DNA of 59,985 bases, filler included, from Sphacelaria rigidula (GCA_964200075.2; 6 parts of 6 records of this genome joined end to end with filler, not necessarily neighbours in it); one strand, 5' to 3'; positions 24,045 to 37,178 are shown, counted from the whole stretch's first letter. Numbers and translations are program-made. Notes: generated by a model from the letters alone, not told the origin.

Positions 24045-27000
24045 GTGAGCAGCTATTTGTTTTTACGACAAGCTGTCCACGTGCTACTTCTAGTTGTCTC
24101 TGGTTTGACCACAGGCCACAGATATCGCGCAATGTACCCAGTTCTGTTTCAGACATTGACGACGGCACGCTCAGGCGTTTGAGGCGCGCCCGCGTTCGCG
24201 AGCGATACCTCGGTAAACAACAAACCCCTTCCCCATCCACAGGCCAGTTTGACGGGACACGTCAAAACCTCGGGACGGATGGACCCTATTTCGTACCGTT
24301 GTACACGGTTCGAAGAAATAACAGTGTCGTCAACTACATGCAACTTGTACATCCGTTCTCCAGTCCCTCAACACAACTGCCCCTGGCCTCTGTGCCGCTC
24401 GAGTTACTTTTGTTTCAACCCGCTCGTTGTAGACACAACGCTTTATTCTCCCCTTCGCTCCAACACCCCTCAGTATCCCTTTTCGGCTCGGATCGCACCG
24501 AGTCGACCGACATGTGCCCCACTGCCGGTCTCTGTTGGCAGACAGAGCGGGCGCGGGCTGTTTCATATTCACCCCACTGTACAGACAATCAATTCTTTTT
24601 TTCCAACATGGAACATTTCAGCCAACTGTTCGATACTTTCATCGACGTTTCATCGATGGAGAAAATTTGCCAGTACAAAGAAAATTTGTCTCTACACACG
24701 CCCGACTGTACCAACACCGCAGCAGGTAGCTCACAACCGGGGCGGAGCTTTTATATCCCTCCGATACCGACGAACCCACAAACTAGCCATCAACCTCGGT
24801 CAAACAGTTCGTTGGCCGATTGTTTCCATGCCACTCCCAAACGGGTCTGGTGAAGTAGTTTCGTAGGACTATTTTGGTCCTTTGCCCCTGACGGATAGTG
24901 GAAATAAGTATATATTTTGTCGTTTACGGATAGATTTAGTCGACATGCGGTGATGCACGCCGCCCCCCCCAGTAGTTATACCGCGGAAGGTGCCGCCAAC
25001 ATTCTTGTCTACATGTACATCCCACTGTGGGGTGTGCCCAATCGCTTACTGTCTGACAACGGCCCGCATTTTTCAGGCAAACTTTCAGCCGCCGTCAGTG
25101 ACCTTTTGGGTGCCCATCGCATTTTTACTAGTTCATATCACCCTTCCACCAATGGTGGAACGGAACGAGTGAACCATACGATGGCACAGATGCTTGCTAC
25201 TGTAGCAAATGGGAGACAGATGGACTGGGATCTGCACCTGTTCCTTGTCCAGATGAACAACAACAATTCAGTCAATGCCGCTACGGGATTGTCGCCGAAT
25301 GAAATTCATATTGGACGCATGCCTAGGTTACCTTTAACGTTATTCGAACGCAAAAATACAAGTGGATATCAGAGTCTGGATCGGGATGTAGCAGAGGATC
25401 ATTTGTCGGTTAGCAATTGTCTTCGTCTTGCATATGAAGTGGTACGAGAACAGGACCAAATCAATTTGGCCAAGGTGGCCAGGGCGAACTCGATATTGGA
25501 TGATGTGGTACATAAACGCCCAGTGTGGAAGGTAGGCCAATGGGCATGGGTGTATAACGATGTGAAGACCATCAATCAAGGGGCTAGCTCGAAATCATCG
25601 TCTTTGGACAAAGTGTTGAAGGCGAAACTATCCCTGAATTGGACTGGTCCTTGGGAAATTTTAGCTGTTGGTCCAAGCACTACCGCACCCGACAAGAGTC
25701 CGGTGGGAGCGAAACTTTTGTATTTAGATTTTCCCACGGATGAACCTGGCTTGAAACCGAAAAATCGTGTCTCGATGCTACGATGCAAACCGTGTATCCC
25801 CCCTCATGACTCCTCTGACATGCCCAAACAACTGCCGGTAGGACTTAACCAGTATGTGTTGACCAAGTTTGTGATCAAAACTCCGCCGTATCATATGACG
25901 GTCGAGGATGCGGACGCACCTCTGGAACGCGTTGAGGTAAATAGAATTTCGGGTCATCAACTGGTTCGCGGTCGTGCAGGTAAGATAGCGGTAATGTATC
26001 AAACACATTGGAAGGGTATCATGCGTGTTACATGGGAGCGTGAGGTTGATTTGCGTCATTTTCGTCGGGAAATATTGCTGTGCTGGGTAGGAGATACCGT
26101 CCAACACCGCCCGTTGAATAAGAGATATCGGTCGATGCGCAAGGGAGCTGCCGCTCGGGAACTGGCACGTGAACACTCAGCGCGGTTTGTTGTGACAGGC
26201 TATAGCCTTCTTTCGCGTTCACAATACATGCAGTGTTTTCACGGAAAACGATTGCCAAAAGGGGCGTATTTTTGGTATAACGCCTTGGATTCACTGTGGT
26301 GATTGGGTTAAATTCATTTGGTCGATCCTGCATCTGACCACTCCTACTTTATCCGTTTCCTTGATGACCCGAGCCCCCTTAAGATTCGCTCGGATGATGT
26401 TTACTACACCGAGGAGCCGACCGCTCGGAGGGGATCCTGGTGCCTTCAACGACACGACCAAGGCGTACTCGAAACAGCCGTTCTACGGAACACGGACACC
26501 GCTTGGGATCCAGATTACTCATGATGCCGTATCCGAGTCTGCTTCCCCATTCACCTTGCGTAGTGTACCGCGTTCGAGTCGCTTGTCTTACACTGTCACG
26601 TCGTTGGAAAACCATGTCTTCCCCCCCCTCCCCCCCCTCATTTCTTTTCGTACTGGGTAGCCCCGTACTTGTAGTGGTTGATGTTGTGTCTTATAATCGG
26701 TATTTGGTCTTGAGTTTTGTATATTTTGTATCTTGTAATTGTTTTGTTGTGGTTCGTTTTTTGTTCGGACCTGATTTTGTGTTTCGGTTTTCTTTGTCTT
26801 CGCGTCATTTGTTTTTTGTCTTTGTTTTTTGTCTTTGTTTTTCTTCCCTTTTCACCTCGTGTTTTGTTTTCGATTTTGTGTGTTCAATGGGTGATTTTCT
26901 TGTCTGGGTTCATCTGGCAAAGTACAAGTGACGACCGTTCCATTCCTGACCCCGAGTCTGGAACCTTGAACCTCCGTCCTCCGCGCCGTACATTGACAAC

Positions 27001-29350
27001 CATTCCGTCTACTGGAACAGTTGCCACGAGTTATTTATTTCTCCATTTTTTTCTTGCTTGCTTATTACATGGTCTTGATGTTTGATGGAAGAGTTTCCGG
27101 AGCAAGCGCTAGCCAAAGCTGATGCCCACGTCTGGAATATTTGCGCTCTTGTTCAATCGCTCCGCACGCGAGTGCCGCCTCCCTCTTCGGGAACGGTCAT
27201 GACGTGTCCTTTTTTTTCTTTTCTGTCACATGTTGTCCTTATTTTATCTTACTTTTTTCCTGGTTGAGAGTTTTAGGAGCGAGCGCTGCATATACCTGAC
27301 TTTCCCGTCTGGAATCATTGCGCTCTTGCCCAACCGCTCCGTACACGCATACCGCCTCCCTCTTCGGGATCGGTCGTGACGTGCCCCCCTTTTTTGTATG
27401 CGTACCACGTTGAGTTTTAGATTACCTTGGGTTTGCCTGACATGTTCCGACCTTCTTGGCTGAAACTGTTGACCCTCCTTGCTTCATACACACGATAACC
27501 GCTCCCGTTTCCAAGGACGGTTGCCACGTGTTGTTTCTACTTCATGTTGCGGATACATCGTTTTCGCTGTTCCCCAGCGTGCCCCTGGTTGTGTATTCAT
27601 TTTTGGTTTTGCTTTCTGCGTCTATGTCGGGAATTTCGCCACGAGTGTTGCAAGGTTCCTGACCCTCGAGTCTAGAACACTTGGCCTACTTCTTTTGCGC
27701 GAGTCCTGCCGCATGTGACCGACCTCGTTTCTAGGAGGGTCACGGGTGATGCGACGCGATGATTTATACTTTGGTGACTGATAAGTTACAACGAGGTCAC
27801 CACTGGCCGCGTCGTACATAGCGGTGTTGATGAATTGTCATTGAAGTCGCGGTATGATCGGTTGCAAACGTCTCCTCATACAGGACCATTCCGTATCATG
27901 ACAGGGTAGATTGCTCTTCCGGAACTGTCCGTTCTGCCATGTCGATATTCGACCGTTGGTACAGCCTACAGGCTCAGAGTCCGCCACTCGCTATTTTTTG
28001 TCTGTCACTTTTACCAGTTTTTTGCGTACAATTACCCGCCCCTGAAATTGGCCGGTGTTGTTTTGTTTTTATCAGGGATTATTGGACGAAGTAACGTGAC
28101 GGTACGACTGGCTGTGGTTTTTACTCCAATATGTGTTCGGGCTAGTCTCGTTTTAGTCCGAACGGGCAGATACCGGGAGGAGTGGGCTGCGTTGGTCCTC
28201 TCTATTCTGTGTATTTGTCGTGGTTCAGACATGTGCTGAGCGATCCGCCTCGGAATTACGTAGTAGGACCGAAGGTTGTGGATCGTTCACTACATTTCTT
28301 TTGACGTGTACAGACACCTGACGTCACAAACCGGTCAGTTATTTTTGTATCGTCGTGTCAGAAAAAATATATATGTATGACTGGATCTTCAACCAGACGT
28401 CTCAAGCAAGTTGTTGCTCTCACAAACATGTACCGACGGTTAACTCACGTCAAACGGGCTGATTTGTCCGTGTCAGGCTAACTGTTTTTTTTTCATCAAC
28501 GTATGGTTTTCGCGGGAAACTACCATTTCCGCGACGAAATCGACTGTACGTTGTTGGCTTATGCTGATTGACTGGGACGAGTGATTAGCATGAACTTGGT
28601 TATCGAAGTGATATAATGCCTTGGCGGGCTTGCTTGTTTTTCTACCAATGACCTAAAACAAATCGGACATCCGGAAAAGAGCGAACTATTTATTCATGAT
28701 ATCGGTATGGCAAGGTAGGATAATCGTTTCAATGATTGGCCTCTGATTTCCCGTGTCTATCCCGGAAATGCTTAATACATTCTGAAGACACGGCATTTTG
28801 TTGTATATGGTTTGATTGTTGATTTCGGGTTTGAGTTTTTTCATTTTTTTATTTTTTATTTCCCATGACCCCGCCTGAAGAACTCACGGAATATGAGGAC
28901 ACCGAATCATTATATCGGTTCGATTTTTTTTTCTCTTTGCTTTGTACTTGTGTTTGTATTTTCTTCTTTTTTTTCTTGTGTTGATCGCCCCTTCCCGTTC
29001 CCCGTACGACAGAAGACTCGATCTTCAAATGGAGTCTCAGTTTTTCTGTGGTTTTGGAGAGGTGTGGGTCGATGCAAGTTCGTCCCTTCTGAAAAGGGAC
29101 TGCACTTGAACGATCCAGGGTGGGTTAATGTGATGGTAAATGACTGACTGCCTGAATTAAAAATAGTTATTTGTGGATATGCAGATGGTCCGTAGAAACG
29201 ACCGGCGGGTACGAACCCCAGGTTCCAGTCGAATGTGTGCTTGTGTTTACATAAAATTGCACTATTGAAGTGTCGATCTTGCCCCAGGAGTCGGATGAGG
29301 ATTCTACCCGATTAGCCGCGTGTACCTGCTGCTACTACAGCTTTGATTGG
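24045..29350 (+). mobile_element. Gypsy-like retrotransposon 3' part, copy B (5' boundary approximate)
   Basis: Integrase plus the duplicated tail; homology to copy A ends at ...ttgattgg (23414/29350). Confidence 0.85.
24800..26524 (+). pseudogene. pol: Retroviral-type integrase with long C-terminal extension; in-frame stops at ~24864 and 26300
   Basis: DYFGPLP, FTDRFSRH, LLSDNGPHF, YHPSTNGGTERVNHT, WTGPW; TGA at 26300 is TGG in copy A. Confidence 0.92.
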
Positions 29351-29687
29351 CTTGTACAGTCAAGTCCAGTTTATTGTTGTGAATATATATCCCCAGTATA
29401 CGCATTATCAGCCGCGCGATGAGATGCTTCATTATTCCCTGTAAATTGTTTTAGTTTCGTCGACGCAGGACTACGGGGTTTTCATCAGGTATGTGCATCT
29501 ATGACCGAGGTCAATTGCTTATGACGTTATAGCTGCAACGAAAGCTTGCGTGCAGTGGTGGGACTTGAACAGCTGAAGCTGCTCGCGAGCAAGTTCTTTC
29601 TCCACCCAATTTCAGGTATTCTTCGCGGTGTACAAATTCCATCTGCTCTATATAGTGTATATGGGATTATCTGTACAACCGAAGCTC

Positions 29688-29794
29688 TTCGAAATGAATC
29701 CTTTTCCCCCTATATTCCAAGTTTGGAATTAGGATCTATTTCGAATGAATCCTTTTTGCTCTATTCCACGTGTGGAATTAGGATTTATTTCGAA
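29688..29794. repeat. Two tandem ~52-bp units
   Basis: aatgaatcctttt...tattcca...tggaattaggat.tatttcgaa repeated. Confidence 0.8.
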
Positions 29795-29943
29795 CAGCAG
29801 CGGCTGTCCAAATTCCAGATTTCCATTATTATTACACTTGTGCCTCTAAAAACAATTCGGGGGATTTCAATGTTATTGAAAAATCTAACCCACAATGACT
29901 ACCACGCGTAGCTCCGTGTGTGACCGGTTGGCAATGTAATGGT

Positions 29944-30043
29944 NNNNNNNNNNNNNNNNNNNNNNNNNNNNNNNNNNNNNNNNNNNNTTAATTAATTAAN
30001 NNNNNNNNNNNNNNNNNNNNNNNNNNNNNNNNNNNNNNNNNNN
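29944..30043. other. Artificial contig spacer
   Basis: Same N44-TTAATTAATTAA-N44 structure. Confidence 0.97.
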
Positions 30044-30976
30044 TGGTTCCCGTACGGAACGTTCCCGAAGTGACAAATCGTTCACGAGAGGAGCCTTGGA
30101 AATTATAAGGGGCATGTAGTAGGGAACGAAGTAGCAGCAAGGAACACATACAAAAGTGTGCATGTTACGGTCTGGTTTGGACTTGAGTTGCGTCAAATTT
30201 GATATTCAAATATTTCAAATCCACAGAGATACACTATCTCAAACTCGGCTCCCGGTACCCTCGTTTATTTTGTTCTATTTTTTCATTTTCTTCAAGTGAA
30301 AGTGATGGCGATTCATTTCAAATGATGAGACCCTTTCACCGCCAGGTTGTGAACCGCGATCACGTTAACTGAAAAAAAAATAGTACACAGCTCAGAGCCA
30401 GCGAATAAGCCAGGATACCGGGAGCCAAGTTTAAGATACTTCTTGTGAGAGGAGAAAAAATGACGAAACAAGCGCCCAAAAGCAGCAGCACGTTCGTTGC
30501 CTTTGGAAGCTTCTTTGCGCTTTTCGCTACCCTCGAGCCATCCCGACGATCAACGATTTTTACCGTTTTGAATCATGTATGCCACTGCGTCACTTGGTGT
30601 ATGGATGGATCCCTTCATAATACAACAGTACAGAAGTACTTGCACAGGACTGCACTGCCATCATCATACATGTACAGGACGACCGCAACACATCACAACA
30701 TAGCAAGGGTCCGGATCCCAAACTGTTCTCAGCCATACGGTTCACCTCCTGGATGCCCCCAAACGGTGAACAAGCACTGCGTTGTCATCAAAAGATAGTA
30801 GCGTACAGTAGAGTACAGTGCAGAAGGAAGCAGGGTTCACTTCAGCGCCGAAATCTGATGGTCGATATCTCTTCGTTTTTGTCGAAAACTTGTCAAACAG
30901 AGGCCTACGCATACCCGAGGCAGACCAAGCACATTCGAGCAGGGAGAATGAAAAGTGTGTTGGATCAAAGGTTCAA

Positions 30977-31925
30977 CCCTTAGACCGCCAGAGTAGGTCA
31001 TCATTGTTGGATCGGTGTCAAGCTCACTTGGAAAAAGGAATGAGTGATCCAGATAAACCACCCGCATCGCCGTCTAAGGGTTAACCCTTCGACCGTGGTG
31101 TGGGTAGTCCATCTGGATCACGCATACTTTTTTCGGGTACATATTGATGCCGATTCAACATATGACCTACCCTCGCTGTCAAAGGGTCAAATATCCAACC
31201 CTCAGCCCTTAGACCACGAGGGTAGTCCACCTGGATCCTGCGTACTTTCTCGAGTGAAATTGATGGCGATTCAACAGATGGCCTACTCTTCTCGCCGTCT
31301 AACGGTTGACCCGTTTGAACCCATTGACGATTTTTGTTTTTCTGAATCGGCACCATTTTCGGTCATTTGTGAATCGCCAGGGTAGTCACCGCTACGGTAG
31401 TCCATCTGGACCATGCATTAACCCTTAGACCGCGAGATTAGTCTTTCTGGATCATGCATACTGCGTTCACTTGAAATTGATGCCGACTCAACAGAAGAAG
31501 AGTAACCTCGCGGTCTAAGGGTTAAGTTTCAACTGAGATAGATGCCGATTCAACACATCACCTATTCCTGACGTCTAACGGTCAGACAGGTAGAGTAGAT
31601 CATCTGCAGAATCGGCACAACTTTTACTTGAACAAAGTATGTATGAGCATGTATGATCAAGGTAGCCTACCCTCGTGGTCGACCCTGCGAGGGTAGTCCA
31701 TCTGCATCATTAAAAATTCTTGCCAGTGGAATTGATGCCGATTCAACAGATGGCCTAGTCTCGCCGTCTATAATATGGGATAATCCTCTCATCGCCATGG
31801 TAGGTCATGTGGGTCACGCAGTAGTTTTGAAAGTAAAAGTGATGCCAGTTCGACAGATGACCTATGCTGGCAGTCAATCGGATTCCGGAGTCGAGCTTAC
31901 GTCGTACCCTGGGGGCTCAAGGGTT
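30977..31925. mobile_element. Cluster of ~100-bp piggyBac-like MITEs
   Basis: Cleanest unit 31422-31521: TTAA|CCCTTAGACCGCGAG...CTCGCGGTCTAAGGG|TTAA; further units at 30977-31080, 31085-31186 and 31206-31305, then fragments. Confidence 0.8.
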
Positions 31926-32951
31926 GAACTGATCATTCACTTCGGCGATCAAAGGCTTTCACTCACAAGCCTGCTGTCCTGATCATCAGGTAGGAGTAGG
32001 ACGTGGTGGGTGGCCTGGTTCGTCAACTTCTTTTTCGGTGAAATCATTCCGATTCGACGGATCCTCCGCCCCGGCGGCCGTCCAAAAGTTTTGACGTTTC
32101 TCGCACCACAACAGTCCTGCTGATACTTTCGACCACGAGGCCTCCGGACTAACCACCAGTGACAGTCGCGGGGAATAAAAACACGCTACTGGTCGACGAA
32201 AACTTCGCAAGGTGCTTGATTTCCTCCGGGTGAAGTGCAAGGGAGAAAAGAAAAAAAAAACGGTGATGACTGGACGAAGATTTCGACAACGCTTCGCCGA
32301 CGGCATGTAAATCGCCCTTCCATCAGATGGGCCTCCTGCCTCCCGCAAAAAGTCGACGAGTTGCCTCACTCGTGACAACCACAATTCGGAATTCTCCCAG
32401 CACCTACTTGATGCAGGTGGCCGAGTACTGTACAGTACCACTAACTGGTGTTCTGGGTACAGGGCCACCTGGTGGATGCAGGGGAACACCTCCCTCGTCT
32501 TCATTGTGCAAAAATTACTTGAAGAAAGTATGGACAGCTATTTCCTGTCATCACCACCACCATCATTCAAGCACTACTTGGCCCTGTGACCACCAGCATA
32601 GGTCATCTGTTGAATCCACATCAATTTCCAACAGAGATGACCAAATGGTTGGAAACAATGATTGTAACTTGATGTTGGTCTCTTGTTGTTGTTGTCTTCA
32701 CACTAAAAACCGTTACAATATCTGCGCGGTACGTTCGTACTGGGCATCTGATGCGGACGCCTTCCGTGGGCACAGGTCACAGGCTACTAGTATTATAATA
32801 AGGTATGGAGAAATCAAACACAACAAAAAAATCAAAACAAACCTAGATTCAAACTCACAAAATGCGATACAAGCACAATAGGGATAAATAAAAAAGGTCT
32901 GAACAACGGTATTCGGATTTTTGAAGGGACTAACAGTCCGATGTGCTCCTA

Positions 32952-33097
32952 GCTTGCGCAGCACGTGTTTTTGTCCAAGATCGGCGCCGCATTTGAGGTC
33001 TACCAACGTACACATTGCCTACGACACGCCCTGCACCTCTCTCGTGCTCAGGGTTCTCCAATGCCTTGGTCGGGGGTTAGGGTTAGCGTTGGGGTTG
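32952..33097 (+). repeat. ~145-bp unit ending in degenerate TTAGGG repeats, copy 1
   Basis: gcttgcgca...tgaggtcta...agggttctc...ggggttagggttagcgttggggt; homologous to 33493-33660. Confidence 0.7.
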
Positions 33098-33492
33098 ACA
33101 GCACCTTATTTACGGTATCAACCATTGTTTTCGACCATTTGGTAATCAGCTCCCTCAATTCCAACAGAATAATAAAATAATGCCTGGGCATCATCAACAA
33201 CAACAACAGTAGCATCGAATTTGCATACTCAACCTAATTGACCACGATGTTCGCTGCCCACAAGAGTTTTTACCAACTTGATAGGTATTTGATTCTAGTG
33301 TGGTGTAAATCCGGATCTTTCATGGGGGGGGGGGGGGGGGGGGGGGGCCCCTGGGTGGCGCAAAAAAATTTCTTGTCTAAATGGCGGCCNNNNNNNNNNA
33401 TAGTTCTTTTTCGTTGTGTTGTGTTTGTGGTTGTGTGGTGGGAGTAGGTCTGTTGGGGGGGGGGGGGGGGGGGGGGGGGTGCTGTGCTCCTG

Positions 33493-33660
33493 GCTTGCGC
33501 AAAACAAGTTCTTGTCTAAATCGGCGCCTCGCCGATCTGAGGTCTAGCAGCGCACACTTTGCCTAGGGAACACTTTGCACCCCTCCTTGCCCGAGGGTTC
33601 TCAGCATGACTTCGTCGGGGTTAGGGTCAGGGTCAGAGTCAGGGTTACAGTTAGTGTTAT
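33493..33660 (+). repeat. Same unit ending in degenerate TTAGGG repeats, copy 2
   Basis: Ends ggggttagggtcagggtcagagtcagggttacagttag. Confidence 0.7.
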
Positions 33661-33959
33661 TAGAGATCATAAACATCCGAGTAACTTCCCATACTCACCA
33701 AGTGGTGAAACAATACAAGTGATGGACTAAGCTCTCGCTGCCACAAGAGCCGGCTATCCGTCTGTCACGTCGGGTAAAATACAAGCATGAATTATCCCGA
33801 GACGACAGCACCCGGACGTCCGCGTAGATTTTTTCTAAATGCGGCGCACCACCGAAGCTTATCGTTGGGGGAGGATCTTGCCACGGACAAAATATCCCGA
33901 TGGATAAACTCCATTTCATGTGTGGTTTGATAGTGCCGTAGCAGCCAAGATTATCGCGG

Positions 33960-34453
33960 GTTAGCTATACCCGCACCCCCGCGGGTCCTCGGCCACGGGT
34001 TTCAGGGGTAGGACCCGGTGTTCAAAGGAAATCGCTTGGAGAGTAGTGTTTCGGCACCGCGCAGGTCTCACCGTGCAAAACAGGCTTTTTTTTCCCTTCC
34101 GTCTCGCCACACTACCAACCCCTCCCCCCTTCCTCAGGACGAAGCCATGTCTCAAGGGATCAACCCATCTCTTCCCCGATACAGTGCACGCCTATCTTTT
34201 CTTTTCTTTTCTTTTTGTGGGGGGGTATCGCGGATTTGATTGGATCAGCATTCATCCCCGCGCGCATTACCATCGACTTGACTCTTGTCGAACAAACTCT
34301 CTTTCCGACTCATGAATGTCCTCGTGCTTTCAACGCTGGAAATCAGATGCTTTTGAGGTAAGAACGACAACCGCATGTGGTACTTGTAGGAATCGAACCC
34401 GTGTTGTGTCTCCACCGTCAAGGGTGAAGTCGTACCGTAACACCACCGGGGCG
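33960..34453 (-). mobile_element. Putative tRNA-derived SINE (3' boundary approximate)
   Basis: Minus strand cgccccggTGGTGTTACGG (A box)...GGTTCGATTCC (B box, 34389-34399); no closing acceptor stem. Confidence 0.6.
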
Positions 34454-35419
34454 CGGCGGCGAACTTTTGAGGATGCACGTTAACCCTTGGACCGGAAAAT
34501 CACCGTTGGACCTCGGGTGCCCATCTGCCGGAGATTGAAGGGTCATAACCGTTTTACGTAACCCACAACCGCGAGGGTGGAGGTCATCCGGGTTATCGGG
34601 ATTTTACAAGTACACTTTCTCTGTCCCGTTCTCTTTCAGACGAAAATGATTCGCAGATACATCAACGAACGACCCGCACCGGGCAGTCGGAGATTGGGAT
34701 GAAATGTGTAAAATAGGTTCGCATGTAATATACGGGAGAAACATCATGGGCGCTCAAATGTTGGAGGTGTCTCCATAAGGAGTAGGAACGGTGCTCCGCC
34801 TCGAGAGGGATCTGTGGACAATGATAAAATAACTTACGCAAGCAACAAATGAGTACGCCCCCTCCCCCCCCCGCCCCCGGTGGCTCGACACCGCCCATTG
34901 TCAAATCTGGCGACGGATCTCATGCTTTCAAGTGATACAAAGCGCCTACGTATACCAACGAGTGGATGTTGACCGTTTGTGTGGAGTTATGAAGATCAAA
35001 CGATGGCATAAAAAACATATCTGATTATGAGATACATGAGTTTCACCCAGGTTGAGCTCACGGTATTCATCGTTTGCCGCACACAGCGAACGCGTTGAAC
35101 CCGGCATTGGTTCTTATGCCGTACACTGTAGAACCGTCACGTACATCGTGAGCTACAGTCAACCGTCATAAGTATCAGCAGAGTTATCAAATATCATCAG
35201 CGTTGGGTTCTGGCAGAGCCAGCCAGTACGCTGGATCTTGCCCGAGGCACCCTAGCGTGGCTGCACTCCCACGTGATTTGGCTTCACTAGAGCGACAAAA
35301 TGTCATCTAGTTTCAATTGCGGTGTAATTAGATGGGGTTCCGCTGATAATGAGGCGTTATAGTGGCACGTACGTGAACAGAGAAGTGTTGCAAGTACGGA
35401 CTGCTCGTTTTCCACCACA

Positions 35420-35771
35420 CGCCCCGGTGGCTCAGTTGGTAACCTGGTAACCTGACGGTTGAGTTGTGGGGTTCGATTCTCGGAGCGATCTGGGATTTTT
35501 TCTTACACCATGCTCAATAGTGGAGAGCGACTATGTCGTGGGCACACAAAATTTGACTTGACGGTCGACAAGGGAAAGGGACTGCTGAACCCCTCTCGCG
35601 ATAAAAAATAAAAGGCAAGCACCGCAGGAGGAAGGTGGGGTACAAAAAACAAATAAAAAAGAAAAAGCTCCTGTGTTGGCCTTTCTCCCGTGTGACCCCG
35701 GCTGATGCACCCACATATCCCGAAAGGGGTAGACTGGCGCCCAGAATAAATGGGACGACACACAACACACA
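35420..35771 (+). mobile_element. Putative tRNA-derived SINE
   Basis: cgccccggTGGCTCAGTTGG (A box)...GGTTCGATTC (B box), ~280-bp body, CA-rich tail acacacaacacaca. Confidence 0.68.
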
Positions 35772-36340
35772 GTACACTGGCAGTAGTACTAGTATACTGG
35801 TTCCAGGACCCAGCCGTACAAAACGCTGTTTTCTTTTCTTCCAACTTTTTTTTCTTTCCCCCATTCAAACACCACTACGATGAGCAGGAACTTGCTTCGA
35901 CTCGCAAACTTGGAACTGATGGTCGCAGCAGCAGCACTGCTTGTACTCCGACCGTACGCAGTAGTGATGATGTTGCCATATTGATCTGTACCACAGTCGC
36001 GTACGTTCACAACACGATCGATTTCACGGTTTGTGGCGCATTAAATGCTGTAAGTGGGAGAAGCGCGACCCTTCTGCTGTTGTTATTGTCACCGAACGAA
36101 TAGATCATTTTTATCTTTTTGTTTTCGTCCCAAGGAGAGGTAGGAACCTTTAACGTACACCCCACTATTTCTAGTTTCGTGCAGTGCTTTCGAGTGCGCT
36201 CCACCTCGCCACCACTTCGACCTCAGCCCTAGAGCTGAACAGTAATCAAGGTGGTTCCTCTACGGGTAGGCACCAAGGTGGGGGTGCCCCCCCCCCGCCC
36301 ATGTAGTAGTCTCGGACTTGAATGTACCCCCCGTCCTCAA

Positions 36341-36620
36341 CTAGATAGCACACATGGGACAGATCATGATCCGTCTGAAATAACTGATCAAAAGAAGACC
36401 CTCGGATAGATCTGTTGGCCCAAAAACACAACATATGTTACCGCGGAGTCAGAGAAGCCAAAGCGCAACCTTTGAGGTACTCGGCGTGCTCGGCCTCCGG
36501 CGCTGCAGGGAGCAAACACGGAAAAGGGGGGCCAAATGATCCGGATCTTGATTTGGATCAGCATACTGAGGGAAAGGTTATTTTTAGACGGATCATGATT
36601 TGTCCGACGTTTGCTACATA
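36341..36620. mobile_element. MITE-like element with ~45-bp imperfect TIRs
   Basis: ggacagatcatgatccgtctgaaataac vs gttatttttagacggatcatgatttgtcc; TSD not resolved. Confidence 0.65.
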
Positions 36621-36924
36621 GTGTCATCCTCACCGAGCGAATCTCCCCTTCATGTCCGCGCCCGCCAGCTCGACTCTACACACGACTCACCCTACCCATT
36701 CGGGCGTTGGTCGTCAGACCGAACACAGCGGTACATTGACTGCTCTCGTGACGTCGAGTTGCGGGTGGGTGAAAAAAACGGAACCAACATCACTACGGCG
36801 AAGACACCCCAAGCATGGTAAGCATTTGTGGAGCATGACTTCCTTAATACGCTTCGGCCCGGCACGTCGCCAGCAGTACTACTTAGGCCACTTCTTCATG
36901 TGTCAACAAGAAAAATGCTTATGA

Positions 36925-37178
36925 AAAAACTGTCCTTAGGGCCCTTCTCCGTCGTTTCACGCCCAAAGAGAGGGCTGGGCGGAAATTGACAGCTTGGGAT
37001 GACTTGCTTTTCGTGAAGACCGATCCACGGCACCTTCGCGTTTTCTGGAGGCCGCTGTGCTTTTTTTTGGCTCAATATGCATTTTTCCCCCCTGTGTTCG
37101 ATAACTTGACCGTTTACTACTGAAAATGGAACTCTCGCCAAAAAAGCAACTGCGGCCGCCAGAGAACGCAAAGTTACC
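36925..37178 (+). repeat. Dispersed repeat with internal inverted repeat, copy 1
   Basis: Aligns with ~38885-39177 (ttctccgtcg...gagggct...atgacttgct...ttccccc ctgtgtt). Confidence 0.7.

Noticed and set aside
33073..33097. True telomere (also 33617-33660)
   Set aside because: Short, degenerate and internal to the contig.
35420..35495. Functional tRNA gene (also 34380-34453 on the minus strand)
   Set aside because: A and B boxes are present but I cannot fold a full cloverleaf with a closing acceptor stem; treated as SINE heads.
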